From an uncultured delta proteobacterium (lineage in GTDB: Bacteria > Myxococcota_A > UBA9160 > SMWR01), in the NCBI GenBank assembly GCA_963832165.1, contig CAWHTE010000011.1:352001-416000 (forward strand): a stretch of 64,000 nucleotides of DNA. The letters run 5' to 3'. Positions within the stretch are counted from its first letter, which is position 1. Each line of letters opens with the position of its first letter. The position numbers were made by a program, and so were the translations under genes. Positions 26,690 through 38,727 of the stretch are shown one piece after another. A model generated the notes under the pieces. The model did not search any database. It was not told the origin of the DNA and saw only the letters and a list, made by a program, of their open reading frames with translations.

Positions 26690-29211
26690 GCCGGACCTCC
26701 ACCCGTCGCTTTGCGCTGGCGCTGCGCCACCGCGTGAACGAGGTAGGCGTGATTGAGCACGTCGGCGAGCGCGGGAAGCGCAGCGACGCAGGTGGAGAGC
26801 AGCGCGTCGAGCCGCGTGCGGCGCCCGGGTGCGTCCGCGCTCGTCGAGACCTCCACGAGCGCGTCGAGCGGTACCGATCGCAGGTGATCGCGCAGATCGC
26901 TGAGGTCGCGGCGCGGCGCGCGCGGCAGCCCGCGGAAGCGGCTCTCGAGCTGCTCGAGCTGGAACGCGAGCGAGCGCGGATTCGCTTCGTCGAGGAGAAG
27001 GAGGTCGATCACGAGCGGGACCTCGAGCGCGGTCTGGTAGCGCGAGCGGTAGGTCATCGCGCTGTCGGCCACCTCGAGCACGTTGCCGAGCCGCCGCGGC
27101 TCGTCCTCCGCGAGCTCGACCAGGCCGTGGCGCAGCAGGGCCACGATCTGGATCCCGCGTTCGAGGCGCCGCCCGATGTCGAGGAACTGCCAGCCGAGGC
27201 CGCGCGTCATGCTCTCCATCGCGATGCCCGTGAACGCCGCGAGGCGCGCGATCGCACCATCGAGCTCGCCGATCGCCTCGGACACGCGAAGCGCCGGGTG
27301 GGTGTCGGGCTCGATGAAGTCCTGCTCGAGGCGCGCGAGCGTGCGCCACGCATCCGGGGAGATGCGGTCCCGCAACAGCCACGCGATCCGGTGCAGTGCG
27401 GCCACCGCGCCGCCGACGCTCTCGATTCGCCCGCGGTCGAACAGCGCCGCGAGCGCGCGTGTCTCGAGGCCCGCGTCGGCGCTCTCCTCGGGTCCGTCCT
27501 CGTCGGGCTCGAGCACGCCCGGCAGCATGCGCTCGAGCAGCACGAGTGCGTCGGGCAGCGGCGCATCGACCGCGCGCAGCGGCTCCTCGGCGAGCCGCCG
27601 CAGAGCGCAGCGGAACAGCCGCGCTCCCGCGTCGGCGCGCTCGCTCATGCGGCCGAGCCAGAACAGGTTGTCGGCGACGCGGCTCGTGAGTGCGAAGCTC
27701 GCGCGCGAGACGTCGCTCGGGCGCGTCACCCGGTCGATCAGCGACGTGTAGGGCACGGGCCCGTCGGCCAGCACCCAGGTGTCCTTGCTGCCGCCGCCGC
27801 GCTGACTCGACACGACGAGGCTGTCGGGTGACGGCGACACGCGCGTGAGGCCGCCCGGCATCAGCACGTAGCCGTCGCCGCTGCGCACGGCGTAGACGCG
27901 CAGCACGAGGTGGCGCGGAGTCGCTCCCTCGACGCCGCCGCCCGTGGGCACCGTCGACAGCGCCACGCGCTCCTGCGCCATGAAACCGTATGGATTCGCA
28001 CGAATCCGATCCGCCAAAGCGGTCCGCTCCTCGGCGGAGAGCTCCTCGCCGAACACCACCTCCGCGCGCGGCGACGGAAACGTCGGCTTGAGCACGAGCT
28101 CCTCGAGGTGCTCGATCACGTACTCGCGCTCGGCGGGCTGGCCGCACCACCAGGTGGCCACCGAGGGCATCAGCAGCTCCTCGCCGAGCAGCGCGCGGCA
28201 CAGGCTCGGCAGGAACGCCATCGTGGCCGCCGTCTCGACGAGCCCGCTGCCGAGCGCGTTCGCCACCGCGACGTTCCCGGCGCGCACCGCCTGCGTGAGC
28301 CCGGGCGTGCCGAGCGCGGACTCGCCGAACAGCTCGAGCGGATCGCAGAACGCGTCGTCCTGGCGCCGCAGGATCACGTGCACGGGCAGGAGCCCCGAGA
28401 GCGTCTTCAGATAGACGCGATCGTCGCGCACGGTGAGGTCGCCGCCCTCGACGAGCGTCACGCCCAGGTAGCGCGCGAGATAGGCGTGCTCGAAGTAGGT
28501 CTCGTTGTACGGCCCCGGCGTGAGCAGCACGATGCGCGGCGTGCCGCGCGTGGGCGCGAGCGCCATCAGCGTGTCGCGGAACGACTGGAAGAAGCCCGCG
28601 AGCCGTTGCACGTGGAAGTCGCGGAACGCCTCGGGCAGGATGCGCGACATCACGATCCGATTCTCGAGCGCATAGCCCGCGCCCGACGGAGCCTGCGCGC
28701 GGTCGGCGATCACCCACCACTGGCCGTTCGGCGAGCGCGCGAGGTCGGCCGCGAACGCGTGCAGGTGACACTGGCCCGGCACGCTCATGCCGTGACACGG
28801 CCGCAGGAAGCCCGGGTTGCCGTACACGAGCTCGGGCGGCAGCAGAGCCTCGTGCAGCAGGCGTTGCGGGCCGTAGAGATCGCCGAGCATCCGATCGAGC
28901 AGCAGCGCGCGCTGCGAGATCGCCTTCTCGATGCCCGCCCACTCCTCGGACGAGATCAGCAGCGGAATCGGATCGAGCTGCCACGGGCGGTCGATTCCGC
29001 GCGGGTCGCCGTACACGTTGTAGGTGACGCCGTTCTCCTCGATCAGCCGCTGTCCCTCGCGCCAGCGGCGGAACAGCTCTTCGGCGCCGAGCCGCTGCAG
29101 CGCCGCGACCAGCTCGCGCCAATGCGGGCGCAGCTCGCCGGAGGGCATCGTCATCTCGTCGAAGTGCCCCGAGACCGCGGCGTACTCGAGCTCGGCCGGC
29201 GCGGTGCTCAA
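26686..29211 (-). CDS. Circularly permuted type 2 ATP-grasp fused to an alpha-E domain
   Basis: [50 protein letters not shown], then [14 protein letters not shown] and GRRLER. Confidence 0.88.
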   Translation of the reverse strand: MSTAPAELEYAAVSGHFDEMTMPSGELRPHWRELVAALQRLGAEELFRRWREGQRLIEENGVTYNVYGDPRGIDRPWQLDPIPLLISSEEWAGIEKAISQRALLLDRMLGDLYGPQRLLHEALLPPELVYGNPGFLRPCHGMSVPGQCHLHAFAADLARSPNGQWWVIADRAQAPSGAGYALENRIVMSRILPEAFRDFHVQRLAGFFQSFRDTLMALAPTRGTPRIVLLTPGPYNETYFEHAYLARYLGVTLVEGGDLTVRDDRVYLKTLSGLLPVHVILRRQDDAFCDPLELFGESALGTPGLTQAVRAGNVAVANALGSGLVETAATMAFLPSLCRALLGEELLMPSVATWWCGQPAEREYVIEHLEELVLKPTFPSPRAEVVFGEELSAEERTALADRIRANPYGFMAQERVALSTVPTGGGVEGATPRHLVLRVYAVRSGDGYVLMPGGLTRVSPSPDSLVVSSQRGGGSKDTWVLADGPVPYTSLIDRVTRPSDVSRASFALTSRVADNLFWLGRMSERADAGARLFRCALRRLAEEPLRAVDAPLPDALVLLERMLPGVLEPDEDGPEESADAGLETRALAALFDRGRIESVGGAVAALHRIAWLLRDRISPDAWRTLARLEQDFIEPDTHPALRVSEAIGELDGAIARLAAFTGIAMESMTRGLGWQFLDIGRRLERGIQIVALLRHGLVELAEDEPRRLGNVLEVADSAMTYRSRYQTALEVPLVIDLLLLDEANPRSLAFQLEQLESRFRGLPRAPRRDLSDLRDHLRSVPLDALVEVSTSADAPGRRTRLDALLSTCVAALPALADVLNHAYLVHAVAQRQRKATGGGPA

Positions 29212-32200
29212 GCGGGCTCCCAGCGCAGGTCGAGCGTCATCGCGTGTTGCGGATTGTGCTCGGGCGGCGGCACCGCGACCGCACCCGGCGTATGTCCGAA
29301 CGGCGCGAAGCGCTCGCGGCGGCGCGCCTCCGCCTCGTTCGCGTTCACGGGGAACTTGTCGTAGCTGCGTCCGCCCGGGTGCGCGACGTGATAGGTGCAG
29401 CCGCCGAGCGACCGCCCGGACGCGGTGTCGATCACGTCGAACACGAGCGGCGCGTGGACCGGAATGGTCGGGTGCAGTGCGGAGGGCGGCTGCCACGCGC
29501 GGTAGCGCACGCCCGCGACGTACTCGCCCGCCACCCCGGTGGGGTGGAGCGGGAGCCGGCGGCCGTTGCACGCGAGCACGGTGCGCTCGGAGAGCAGTCC
29601 GCACACGCGCACCTGGAGGCGTTCCACCGAGGAGTCCACGTACCGCACGGTACCACCGGCGCCGGGCTCCTCGCCGAGCACGTGCCAGGGCTCGATCGCG
29701 TGGCGCAGCTCGATCTCGATCCCGCGCGGCGCCACCGTGCCGATCTTCGGGAAGCGGAACTCGAAGTGCGTGTCGAACCACGCGCGCTCGAACGCATACC
29801 CCGCGCGCGCGAGCTCCTCGAGCACGAGCCGGAAGTCGTCGTCGATGAAGTGCGGCAAAAGGAAGCGGTCGTGCAGCAGATCGCCCCAGCGCGCCGGGCG
29901 CTCGCGATAGGGCTCGCGCCAGAAGCGCGCCACGAGTGCGCGCACGAGCAGCTGCTGCGCGAGGCTCATGCGCGCGTGCGGCGGCATCTCGAACGCGCGC
30001 ATCTCCACGAGACCGAGGCGTCCGGTCGCGCTCTCGGGTGCGTAGAGCTTGTCGATGCAGAATTCGGAGCGATGCGTGTTGCCCGTGACGTCGGCGAGCA
30101 GGTGGCGGAACACGCGGTCGACGAGCCACGGCGGGCAGTGACCCTCGCCCGGCATCGGCACCTGTTGGAACGCGATCTCGAGCTCGTAGACGGCGTCGCT
30201 GCGCGCCTCGTCCACGCGCGGCGCCTGGCTCGTGGGGCCCACGAAGAGTCCCGAGAAGAGATAGGAGAGCGAGGGATGATTCAACCAGTAGGCGACGAAG
30301 CTGCGCAGCAGGTCCGGGCGGCGCAGGAACGGACTGTCCGCGGGTGACGGTCCGCCCAGCACGACATGATTGCCGCCGCCGGTTCCGGAATGGCGGCCGT
30401 CGAGCATGAACTTCTCGGTCGACAGGCGCAGCGCGCGGGCGTCGGCGTAGAGCTGCGTGGTCTCGTCGGCGAGCTCGCGCCAGCTCGCGGCGGGCCGCAC
30501 GTTCACCTCGAGCACGCCGGGATCGGGCGTGACGCTCATCTTCTCGATGCGCGGATCGAACGGCATCGGATAGCCCTCGAGCACGACGGCCGTGCCGAGC
30601 GCGTGCCGCGGTGTCCTCGATCGCGCTCGCCAGATCGAGATAGTCGTCGGCGCTCGCGAGCGGCGGCATGAACACGTGAATGTGTCCGTCGCGCACTTCC
30701 ACGCACAGCGCGGTGCGCACGATCCCGTCGGCGCCGACCGCACCCGGCGCTCGCGAGCGGGGCTGCGCCGCGCGCGCTGCGCTGCGCCCGCCCGAGGGCA
30801 GCGGGCCGCGGTCGGCGAGCGGGTCGACCGGCCAGACGCGGCGCCGCACTTCCTGCCGCTCCCACGGCAAGCTCTCGATCGGGAGCCGGAACCCGATCGG
30901 CGAATCGCCCGGGGTCAGCACGATGTGGCGCGCGCGCAGCATCCAGAGTCCGCTCTGCCACGCGGGCCCGCGCGGGCCGCGACGCGCGCTCGAGCGGAAG
31001 CACGGCGCCCGCCGGTGTCGCGAGGCCGCGCTCGAGCAGGCGGCGCAGCCGTGCGCGCTCTTCGGGCTCGTCGAGGCTGCGGTCGGCCGGATCGACGTTT
31101 GCGGGCAGCTTGCCCTCGGTGCGCAGGGCCTCCCAGGGGTCTTCGTACGCGGGCACGACGTGGTCGGGATCCACCTCGAGGCGCAGTGCGAGCTCGCGCG
31201 CGAAGCGGTCGGCGTCGTCGGGTGTGCCGCTGCCCGGGTGCGCCGTGTCGGCGAAGAGCTTCGGATCGCGCCAGATCGGCACGCCGTCGCGGCGCCACCA
31301 GCACGTGAGCGCCCAGCGCGGCAGCGGCTCGTCCGGATACCACTTGCCCTGGCCGAAGTGGAGCAGCCCACCCGGCGCGAGCCGGTCGGTGATCCGGCGC
31401 AGCAGCCCCTCGCCGAGCTGCCGCTTGCGCGGTCCGAGCGCAGCGTATGTCCATTCCGTGCCGTCCATGTCGTCGGCCGCGACGAACGTGGGCTCGCCGC
31501 CCATCGTGAGGCGCACGTCGCTCTGCACGAGGTCCGCGTCGACCTGCTCGCCGAGTTCATCGATGCGCGCCCAGGTCGCGTCGTCGTAGGGCCGGGTGAC
31601 GCGCGGGTCTTCGCGCACGCGCTCGACGTGCATCTCGAACTCGAACTCCACGCCGCAGTCCTCGACGCCGCCCGAGAGCGGCGCGGCCGACGCCGGATCC
31701 GGCGCGGCGGCGAGCGGGATGTGGCCTTCGGCCGCGAGCATGCCCGACGTCGGGTCGAGGCCGACCCAGCCCGCGCCCGGGAGATAGGCCTCGGCCCACG
31801 CGTGCAGGTCGGTGAAGTCGCGCTCCGGTCCCGCGGCGCCTTCGAGCGGCGGCTCGTCGGGCTGGAGCTGGATCAGATATCCCGACACGAAGCGCGCCGC
31901 GAGGCCGAGGTGGCGCAACATCTGCACGAGCAGCCACGCGCTGTCGCGGCACGAGCCCGCGCGAAGCTCGAGCGTCTCCTCCGCGGTCTGCACACCGGGC
32001 TCGAGCCGGATCAGGTACTGGACCTCCGCTGCGAGGTCGCGATTCAGATCGACCAGGAAGTCGACGGTTCGCCGCCGCGTGAGGTCGACTCGCGGCGAGG
32101 CGCTGCAAGAGCAGCGGCCCCGCGGGCACGAGCTCGCGGAACGGGCGCAGCTCGCGCTCGAGCCACGACTCGTACTCGAACGGAAACTGCTCGGCGCCCG

Positions 32201-32489
32201 GCTCCAGGAAGAAATCGAACGGATTCTGCACGGCGAGCTCGGCGATCAGGTCGACCTCGAGCGTGAGCTGATCCACCTTCTCTGGAAATACCACCCGCGC
32301 GAGCCAGTTCGACTGCGGGTCCTGCTGCCAGTTCAGGAAGTGCGGTTGCGGTTCGACGCGCAGCGAATAACTCGTCACCGGGGTGCGACTGTGCGGAGCC
32401 GGGCGCAGCCGCACGATCTGCGGCGTGAGCACGACCCGGCGGTCGTAGCGGTAGCGTGTGAGGTGGTGGAGCTTGACGTGGATCGACAT
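29208..32489 (-). CDS. Transglutaminase-DUF2126 (putative amidoligase) fusion; three apparent frameshifts (~32090, ~30985, ~30605)
   Basis: [63 protein letters not shown]...NANEAEARR spread over four frames. Confidence 0.85.
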
Positions 32490-32551
32490 GCGGAGTGCGC
32501 CACTCTCGGCGCACCTTGAAATGCGCGGTTTGAGTTAGTGTAGAAGACCCC

Positions 32552-34030
32552 ATGGTGCGAACGCGATCACCGGCGGAGCAGGGCTCCCTTTTCGCGGGAT
32601 ACGCCCCGCTGCCGGGCGCATTCGACGAATTCGTCGACGCGAACGGGCAGCCGCATTCCGCAGTCGCCGCGGTCGTGCGGAGGCTCGACGAGCTCGGACG
32701 CGACGAGTTCCGGCGCCGCAAGAAGCTCGCCGACGCGACCTTCCTGCGCGGCGGCGTCACGTTCTCGGTCTATCGCGGCGACGCGGCGACGGAGCGCATC
32801 TTTCCGTTCGATCTGATTCCGCGCGTGGTCGCCGCCGCGGAGTGGGATCCGGTGCGGCGCGGGCTCGAGCAGCGCATCCAGGCGCTCAACGCCTTCCTCT
32901 CCGACGTGTACGGCCATCAGCGCATCCTCGACGAGGGAAAGGTGCCGCGCGCGCTCGTCGAGGGTTCGAAGGGGTACATCAAGGCGATGCACGGCGTGCG
33001 GCCGCCGGGCGGCGTCTACATCCACATCGCGGGCATCGACCTGATCCGCGACGCGTCCGGTGGGTTCCTCGTGCTCGAGGACAACGTGCGCACGCCGTCG
33101 GGCGTGTCGTACGTGCTCGAGAACCGCGACATGATGAAGAAGGTCTTCCCGACGGTGCTGCGCGAGTGCTCGGTCGCGCCCGTGGAGATGTATCCGACCA
33201 TGCTGCGCGAGGCGATGTCGGCGGTGGCGCCGCGCGGCGGCGGCGAAGGCCAGCGCGTGCTGCTCACGCCGGGCCCCTACAACTCGGCCTACTTCGAGCA
33301 CGGCTTTCTCGCCCGGCGGATCGGCTGCGAGCTCGTGCAGGGCAGCGACCTGTTCGTCGACGACGACCGCGTGTGGTCGAAGACGACGCACGGCCTGCGC
33401 CCCGTGGACGTGGTGTACCGGCGCGTCGACGACGCATTCCTCGACCCCGAGATCTTCCGCGAGGACAGCCTCGTGGGTGTGCCGGGCCTCGTGCGCGCCT
33501 ACGCGAAGGGGAACGTCGCGCTCGTGAACGCGATCGGGAACGGCGTCGCCGACGACAAGGGCATCTACCCGTTCGTTCCCGACATGATCCGCTTCTATCT
33601 CGGCGAGGAGCCGATCCTGCCCCAGGTGCCGACCTACGTATGCGCGCGGGAATCGGATTGCGCCTACGTGATCGATCACCTCGGCGAGCTCGTCGTGAAA
33701 GCGGTCAACGAGGCGGGCGGTTACGGCATGCTGATGGGACCTTCCGCGTCGAGGGCCGAGCGCGCGGAATTCCGCGAGCGGATCCGGAAGGACCCGCGCA
33801 ACTACATCGCGCAGCCGCGCATCGAGCTCTCGGGCTCGCCGACCTGGACGCGCGCGGGCATCCAGCCGCGGCGCGTCGACCTGCGGCCGTTCGTCGTCAC
33901 GGGCCACAAGAGCTGGGTGCTGCCGGGCGGGCTCACGCGCGTGGCGCTCGTGAAGGGATCCTACGTCGTGAACTCGAGCCAGGGCGGCGGCTCGAAGGAC
34001 ACCTGGGTGGTGGGAGGCGCTGCTCTGTGA
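32552..34030 (+). CDS. Circularly permuted type 2 ATP-grasp protein
   Basis: [56 protein letters not shown]. Confidence 0.92.
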   Translation: MVRTRSPAEQGSLFAGYAPLPGAFDEFVDANGQPHSAVAAVVRRLDELGRDEFRRRKKLADATFLRGGVTFSVYRGDAATERIFPFDLIPRVVAAAEWDPVRRGLEQRIQALNAFLSDVYGHQRILDEGKVPRALVEGSKGYIKAMHGVRPPGGVYIHIAGIDLIRDASGGFLVLEDNVRTPSGVSYVLENRDMMKKVFPTVLRECSVAPVEMYPTMLREAMSAVAPRGGGEGQRVLLTPGPYNSAYFEHGFLARRIGCELVQGSDLFVDDDRVWSKTTHGLRPVDVVYRRVDDAFLDPEIFREDSLVGVPGLVRAYAKGNVALVNAIGNGVADDKGIYPFVPDMIRFYLGEEPILPQVPTYVCARESDCAYVIDHLGELVVKAVNEAGGYGMLMGPSASRAERAEFRERIRKDPRNYIAQPRIELSGSPTWTRAGIQPRRVDLRPFVVTGHKSWVLPGGLTRVALVKGSYVVNSSQGGGSKDTWVVGGAAL

Positions 34031-35064
34031 TCTGCCGCGTCGCCGAGAGCTGCTTCTGGCTCACGCGTTACGTCGAGCGCGTGGCGACGCTCGCGCGCCT
34101 GCTCGAGGTGAACAACGAGTTCCAGCTCGACGTGCATCTCACGCAGGCCGAGGTGTGGCGGCCGATCGTGATCGCCGTGGGTCAGGAAGAGGACCTGCTG
34201 GCGCGCGTCGGTGCCGGTGCGATGAACGACGGCGAAGTCGTGCAGGAGTACCTGACCTGGGACCGCAAGCACGCCGCGTCGATCTACGCATCACTGCGCT
34301 GGGCGCGCGAGAACGCGCGCACGATCCGCGAGGTGATGAGCGTCGAGATGTGGGAGACGGTCAACGACACGTGGCTGTGGCTCACGAGTCGGTCTGCGCG
34401 CCGGCAGTACCAGCGAGAGCGCGATGCGTTCTACGACTACCTGTCGAAGCAGTGCATGCTGATCCACGGCGTCTGCTACAGCACGATGATGCACGACGAG
34501 CCGTTCGTGTTCATGCGTCTCGGGCGTGCCGTGGAGCGCGTCGGACACACGGCGCGCATCCTCGATGTGAAGCACCACAGCCTCGGCGACGATCGGAGCG
34601 ACGAGAGCGCCGACGACGCGGCGCAGTGGCTCGCGATCCTGCGCTCGTGCTCGGCCGTGGACGCTTTCTTCCAGCGCTCGGCGAACGTGCTCACGGGGCC
34701 CGCGGTGGCGGAGTTCCTGCTGTTCGACCGCTCGTTCCCGCGCGCCGTGCTCTACAACCTCGACAGCGCGGGCGAGCTGCTCCTGCGCCTGGGTGAGAGC
34801 GATCCGGCGTGGCTGACCCGCTCCTCCCGGCAGCGGCTCGACCGGCTGCGCGGATCGCTGCTCCAGATGGGTGGCCCGGTGGTGCAGGATCTCGGGCTGC
34901 ACAAGGTGCTCACGCAGGTCGTCGACGACACCGCGGGGCTGTGCGAAGCGATCCACGCCGACTATCTCGGCCCCTCGGCCGACGACCTGCTGCTCGGCGC
35001 GCGCCGCATGCGCAGCGTACCTACGCAAACCCAGTCGCAAACCCAGACGCTACGCACCGGGTAG
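34027..35064 (+). CDS. Alpha-E domain protein
   Basis: [27 protein letters not shown]...ARILDVK, FPRAV; Q/T/S-rich tail. Confidence 0.9.
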   Translation: MICRVAESCFWLTRYVERVATLARLLEVNNEFQLDVHLTQAEVWRPIVIAVGQEEDLLARVGAGAMNDGEVVQEYLTWDRKHAASIYASLRWARENARTIREVMSVEMWETVNDTWLWLTSRSARRQYQRERDAFYDYLSKQCMLIHGVCYSTMMHDEPFVFMRLGRAVERVGHTARILDVKHHSLGDDRSDESADDAAQWLAILRSCSAVDAFFQRSANVLTGPAVAEFLLFDRSFPRAVLYNLDSAGELLLRLGESDPAWLTRSSRQRLDRLRGSLLQMGGPVVQDLGLHKVLTQVVDDTAGLCEAIHADYLGPSADDLLLGARRMRSVPTQTQSQTQTLRTG

Positions 35065-35097
35065 GCGCAAAGCCAGCCAGATCGCGCGCGATAGTTC

Positions 35098-35191
35098 GTA
35101 GGGCGGGAAAGCGAGCGAAGCGAGCGCATCCCGCCATGGCCTCTCGCGATGGGCAAATGGCGGGATCCGCCTTCGGCTCCTCCCGCCCTAC
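35098..35191. repeat. Inverted doublet of GTAG-type REP elements
   Basis: GTAGGGCGGGA...TCCCGCC and GGCGGGA...TCCCGCCCTAC; 35159-35191 is identical to 48894-48926. Confidence 0.8.
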
Positions 35192-35460
35192 AAAGCGCGC
35201 AACGCCAGCCAGATCGCGTGAGATAGCGCCACGTAGACCGCATATGCCAGCGCGGCGCGCGCGACCCAGGGCTTCGCCCGCCAGAACCCCCATGCGCCGA
35301 CCGCGAAGATCGCCCAGTGCAGCGGCGCCGTGAGCCGCGCCGCGCCACCGCGCAGCTCGAAGCCGAACCACACCTCCACGTCGCGCACGTGGGGCACGAA
35401 CAGGTCGCGCACCACCAGAAACGCGACCGTGCCGGCGCAGAACACCGCCAGGGCCGTCAT
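35188..35460 (-). CDS. Small membrane protein
   Basis: Three hydrophobic segments and RDVEVWFGFE; stop codon lies in the REP end. Confidence 0.55.
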   Translation of the reverse strand: MTALAVFCAGTVAFLVVRDLFVPHVRDVEVWFGFELRGGAARLTAPLHWAIFAVGAWGFWRAKPWVARAALAYAVYVALSHAIWLALRAL

Positions 35461-35554
35461 CCAGCGCGGGCGCACCGTTGCGGTGGGATCGGATGAAATA
35501 GGGCTCAAAAGTCGACCGCCAACCTGCCGATGAGTGAATGCGCAGGTGAGCACC

Positions 35555-36424
35555 ATGGCTAGCGAGAAACCTCAGAAGACCACCACGTTCCTCGTGGTAC
35601 GCGACGGCGTCAACCCGGATTGGGTGGTGATCTGGGACACCCTCGAGATCACGGTCGGGCGGCACGAGAGCCAGGACATCTCGGTGCGCGAGGCCGAGGT
35701 ATCGCGCAAGCACAGCGTGTTCCGCCAGAAGAACGGCGTGTACTCGCTCGAAGACCTCGGCTCCGCGCTCGGCACCACCGTCAACGGTGAGCGAGTCAAG
35801 GTTCACGAGCTCAAGTCGGGCGACGTGATCGGGGTCGGCTCGTTCAAGATGAAATTCGGGCAGACGTCGAATCCGATCAAGCCGGGCGCGAACGTGCGCT
35901 TCGCATCGCAGCTCAAGGGATTCGACGTGCCGGGCGCCAAGGCCAACGCCGAAGGCGGCCGCACGATGATGGCGATCGACCTGAACGACTCGATGTCGGG
36001 CGGGCAGCCGACGCTGACCAAGACGGCACCCAAGGCGCGCGCAGTCTCGCTCGACGGCAGTCTCGAGGAGTCGGACACCGAGCCGGAGCTCGGCACGGAC
36101 GATCTGGGACTCGGCGGAGCGGCCGAGGTCCGCAATCTCGACGCGGCGCTCGCCGACTTCGACGACGGCCTGGGGCCGCCCGGTCAGCCGCTTGCGCCGC
36201 CGCCGCGCGCGCCGCGCGATCATGCGACGGGATACACCTCTGCGCCGCGCGTGGTCGCGCCGCTCGCGCCCACGTTGCCGCGCGCCGCCGCGACCGGCGA
36301 CACGCGCGTTCAGCTCGTGCTCGAGATCTCGGGTCCGACCGCGGAAGTCGAGGCGCTCGTCGCCGCCGTGCGCGGCAAGCCGATCCAGGTCTATCCGCTC
36401 ACGCTGTGCGTGAAGGACAAGTAG
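35555..36424 (+). CDS. FHA domain protein
   Basis: ITVGR, VSRKHS, LEDLGSALGTTVNG, LKSGDVI. Confidence 0.88.
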   Translation: MASEKPQKTTTFLVVRDGVNPDWVVIWDTLEITVGRHESQDISVREAEVSRKHSVFRQKNGVYSLEDLGSALGTTVNGERVKVHELKSGDVIGVGSFKMKFGQTSNPIKPGANVRFASQLKGFDVPGAKANAEGGRTMMAIDLNDSMSGGQPTLTKTAPKARAVSLDGSLEESDTEPELGTDDLGLGGAAEVRNLDAALADFDDGLGPPGQPLAPPPRAPRDHATGYTSAPRVVAPLAPTLPRAAATGDTRVQLVLEISGPTAEVEALVAAVRGKPIQVYPLTLCVKDK

Positions 36425-36449
36425 GGCGGGAGAGAAGGCAGATCCCGCC
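36421..36449 (+). repeat. Degenerate GTAG REP
   Basis: GTAGGGCGGGA...GATCCCGCC between convergent genes. Confidence 0.65.
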
Positions 36450-36475
36450 GATCCCGCCGGAACCGCCCGCGGAAA

Positions 36476-37021
36476 CTAGGCGTTAGTAACGCGGCAGCGC
36501 CCGTCGGCGTCCGCGATGCCCACCGCCGAGACCTTCACTTTCGCGACACCGGAGTGCAGCACGCCGAGCTCTTCGGCCGCGGCGCGCGACAGGTCGATCA
36601 CGCGGCCGCGCCGGAACGGCCCGCGGTCGTTGATGCGCACGAGCACGGAGCGGCCGCTCGGGACGTGCTCGACCGCGGCGCACACATTGAAGGGCAGGGT
36701 GCGGTGCGCGGCCGTAAGGAGCGAGCCCGTGCTGTCGAAGCGCTCGCCGTTCGCGGTCGTGCGGCCGTGGAAGCGACCGCCGTACCAGGAGGCGACCCCC
36801 ACCTCTTTGTAGCTCTGCCACTTCTTGAGCGGCACGTAGGTACGGCCGTTCACGCGGTAGGGCTCGAAGCCGGCCAGCTCTGCCGGGGGGCTCCCAAAGT
36901 TCGCGCAGCCCGCGAATAGGGGCACGGTGGCGATCGCGAGCGCGAGCACCGACACGAGCCAATCAGCTACGCGCTGGTTCGCGCGTTCCGTGAGCACTGT
37001 CACGCGATCAGGGGCCTCCAT
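36476..37021 (-). CDS. rlpA: Septal ring lytic transglycosylase RlpA family lipoprotein
   Basis: GVASWYG, TAAHRTLPF, VRINDRGPF, IDLSRAAA; lipobox FAGC. Confidence 0.9.
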   Translation of the reverse strand: MEAPDRVTVLTERANQRVADWLVSVLALAIATVPLFAGCANFGSPPAELAGFEPYRVNGRTYVPLKKWQSYKEVGVASWYGGRFHGRTTANGERFDSTGSLLTAAHRTLPFNVCAAVEHVPSGRSVLVRINDRGPFRRGRVIDLSRAAAEELGVLHSGVAKVKVSAVGIADADGRCRVTNA

Positions 37022-37243
37022 GGATAACGATACGGTTGCCGGGCCGTAGCGTTCGTGACCGGCGTCACAAAATTGTGGCTGCGATCTGCCCGTTAGCTCG
37101 TAAGGGTCCGCAAAATTGCAGTAATTATGTTGTTCGGCGACCTAACGTAGCGAGGGGCCCTCATCGCGGCGGCTGATGTTGCGGGTTAACACTTTTTAAT
37201 AATTCTGTAAATCTTAGGTCCGCAGATCGAGTAGAGTTCGTCC

Positions 37244-38053
37244 ATGCCGATTCAGCCTTCTGACATCCGACTCGACGGGCGGATCGCGGTCGTGACCGGC
37301 GGTGGCGCGGGCATCGGCCGCGGCATCGCCGCGGGTCTCGTGGCGTTCGGTGCATCGGTTGCGATCTGGGAGCGGAACGCGGAGACCTGCGCGTCGTCCT
37401 CGGCGGAGATCGGCGCGCTCGGGATCACCACCGATGTCCGAAACACCGCCGAGGTGGACTCGGCGCTCGCGCGCACGAGCGAGGAGCTCGGCCCGGTGTC
37501 GATCCTCGTCAACAATGCGGGCGGTGTGTTCGCCTCGCCGCTGCTGGAGACGACGGAGAACGGCTGGGATGCGCTCTACCGCGCGAACCTGCGCCACGTG
37601 ATGCTGTGCACGCAGCGGGTCGCGCGGGCCATGGTGGCTGCCAGGATCGGCGGCAGCATCCTGTCGGTCACCTCGATCGAGGGCGTGCGGGCGGCGCCCG
37701 GTTATGCCGCGTATGCCGCCGCGAAGGCCGGCGTCATCAACTACACCAAGACCGCCGCGCTCGAGCTCGCCCCGTATGGCATCCGGGTGAACGCGCTCGC
37801 TCCCGACATCACGCTCACCGAGGGGATCCTGGCGATCTCGCCGCCCGGTGCCGCGGACCGCTTCGGTCACACCGTGCCGATGGGTCGCGCCGGCCACGTC
37901 GACGAGATGGCGGGCGCCGCGGTGTTCCTGGCCTCGGATCTGGCGAGCTACATCACCGGTCAGACGATCCACGTCGACGGCGGTACGCACGCCGCCGGCG
38001 GCTGGTATCACCACCCCGACACCGGCGTGTACTCGCTGGGCCCGACGGACTGA
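37244..38053 (+). CDS. SDR family oxidoreductase
   Basis: TGGGAGIG, NNAGG, YAAAK. Confidence 0.92.
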   Translation: MPIQPSDIRLDGRIAVVTGGGAGIGRGIAAGLVAFGASVAIWERNAETCASSSAEIGALGITTDVRNTAEVDSALARTSEELGPVSILVNNAGGVFASPLLETTENGWDALYRANLRHVMLCTQRVARAMVAARIGGSILSVTSIEGVRAAPGYAAYAAAKAGVINYTKTAALELAPYGIRVNALAPDITLTEGILAISPPGAADRFGHTVPMGRAGHVDEMAGAAVFLASDLASYITGQTIHVDGGTHAAGGWYHHPDTGVYSLGPTD

Positions 38054-38061
38054 CTGCGTCC

Positions 38062-38727
38062 ATGGCCCTCCCCGACACACGCAAGTCGACGAGCGTCGAG
38101 GCCATCCTCGAGGCAACCCGTCGCGTGATCGCTGAGCGGGGTCCCGGGAAGTTCACGTTGTCGGCGATCGCCGCAGCCGCGGGCGTGTCGCGGCCGACTC
38201 TGTATCGCTGGTTCCCGACCAAGGAGGCTCTGCTCGACGCTCTCACCCTCTACGAGGAAGAGCGGTTCGATCTGCGGCTGCAGGCGAAGATCGAAGCGCA
38301 GTCCACTCCGGCCCGGCGACTCGACGCTGCGCTGCGCTGCCTCGTGACCTACCTCGACGGATTGATGGGACCCGACCCGATCGGCGCCGATCCGGGCTAT
38401 GCCATCCAGTCGCTGGCCAATTCTCTGGGGCCGCAGACCGCCTCGTTCGTCCGCCTGCTCGGGAATGCCTTCGACGCAGTGCCGGCGGTGCGACTCGGTC
38501 ATCTCACTCGGGCACAGGCGGCCGAATTGTTCCTGCGTCTGGCCTACTCGCATTATCTGGTGCCACACCCGAACCCCGAGGTGCTGCTGGCCAACCTGCG
38601 CAGCTTCGCCGGGCTGTCGCGCCGCTCGGTCACGCGCGCCGCGAGGTCGCGCAAGCGAATGGACCCGAGGAGTCGATCGCGCAAACGCGCCGTAGGGAGG
38701 ATTCATCATGGATCTGGGATGGACTGA
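38062..38727 (+). CDS. TetR family transcriptional regulator
   Basis: IAAAAGVSRPTLYRWFPTKEALL. Confidence 0.9.
   Translation: MALPDTRKSTSVEAILEATRRVIAERGPGKFTLSAIAAAAGVSRPTLYRWFPTKEALLDALTLYEEERFDLRLQAKIEAQSTPARRLDAALRCLVTYLDGLMGPDPIGADPGYAIQSLANSLGPQTASFVRLLGNAFDAVPAVRLGHLTRAQAAELFLRLAYSHYLVPHPNPEVLLANLRSFAGLSRRSVTRAARSRKRMDPRSRSRKRAVGRIHHGSGMD

Noticed and set aside
25787..31560. 1111-aa and 1624-aa ORFs as single proteins
   Set aside because: Their N-terminal parts are Arg/Ala-rich shadow frames of neighbouring genes. Real starts are about 26689 and 29211.
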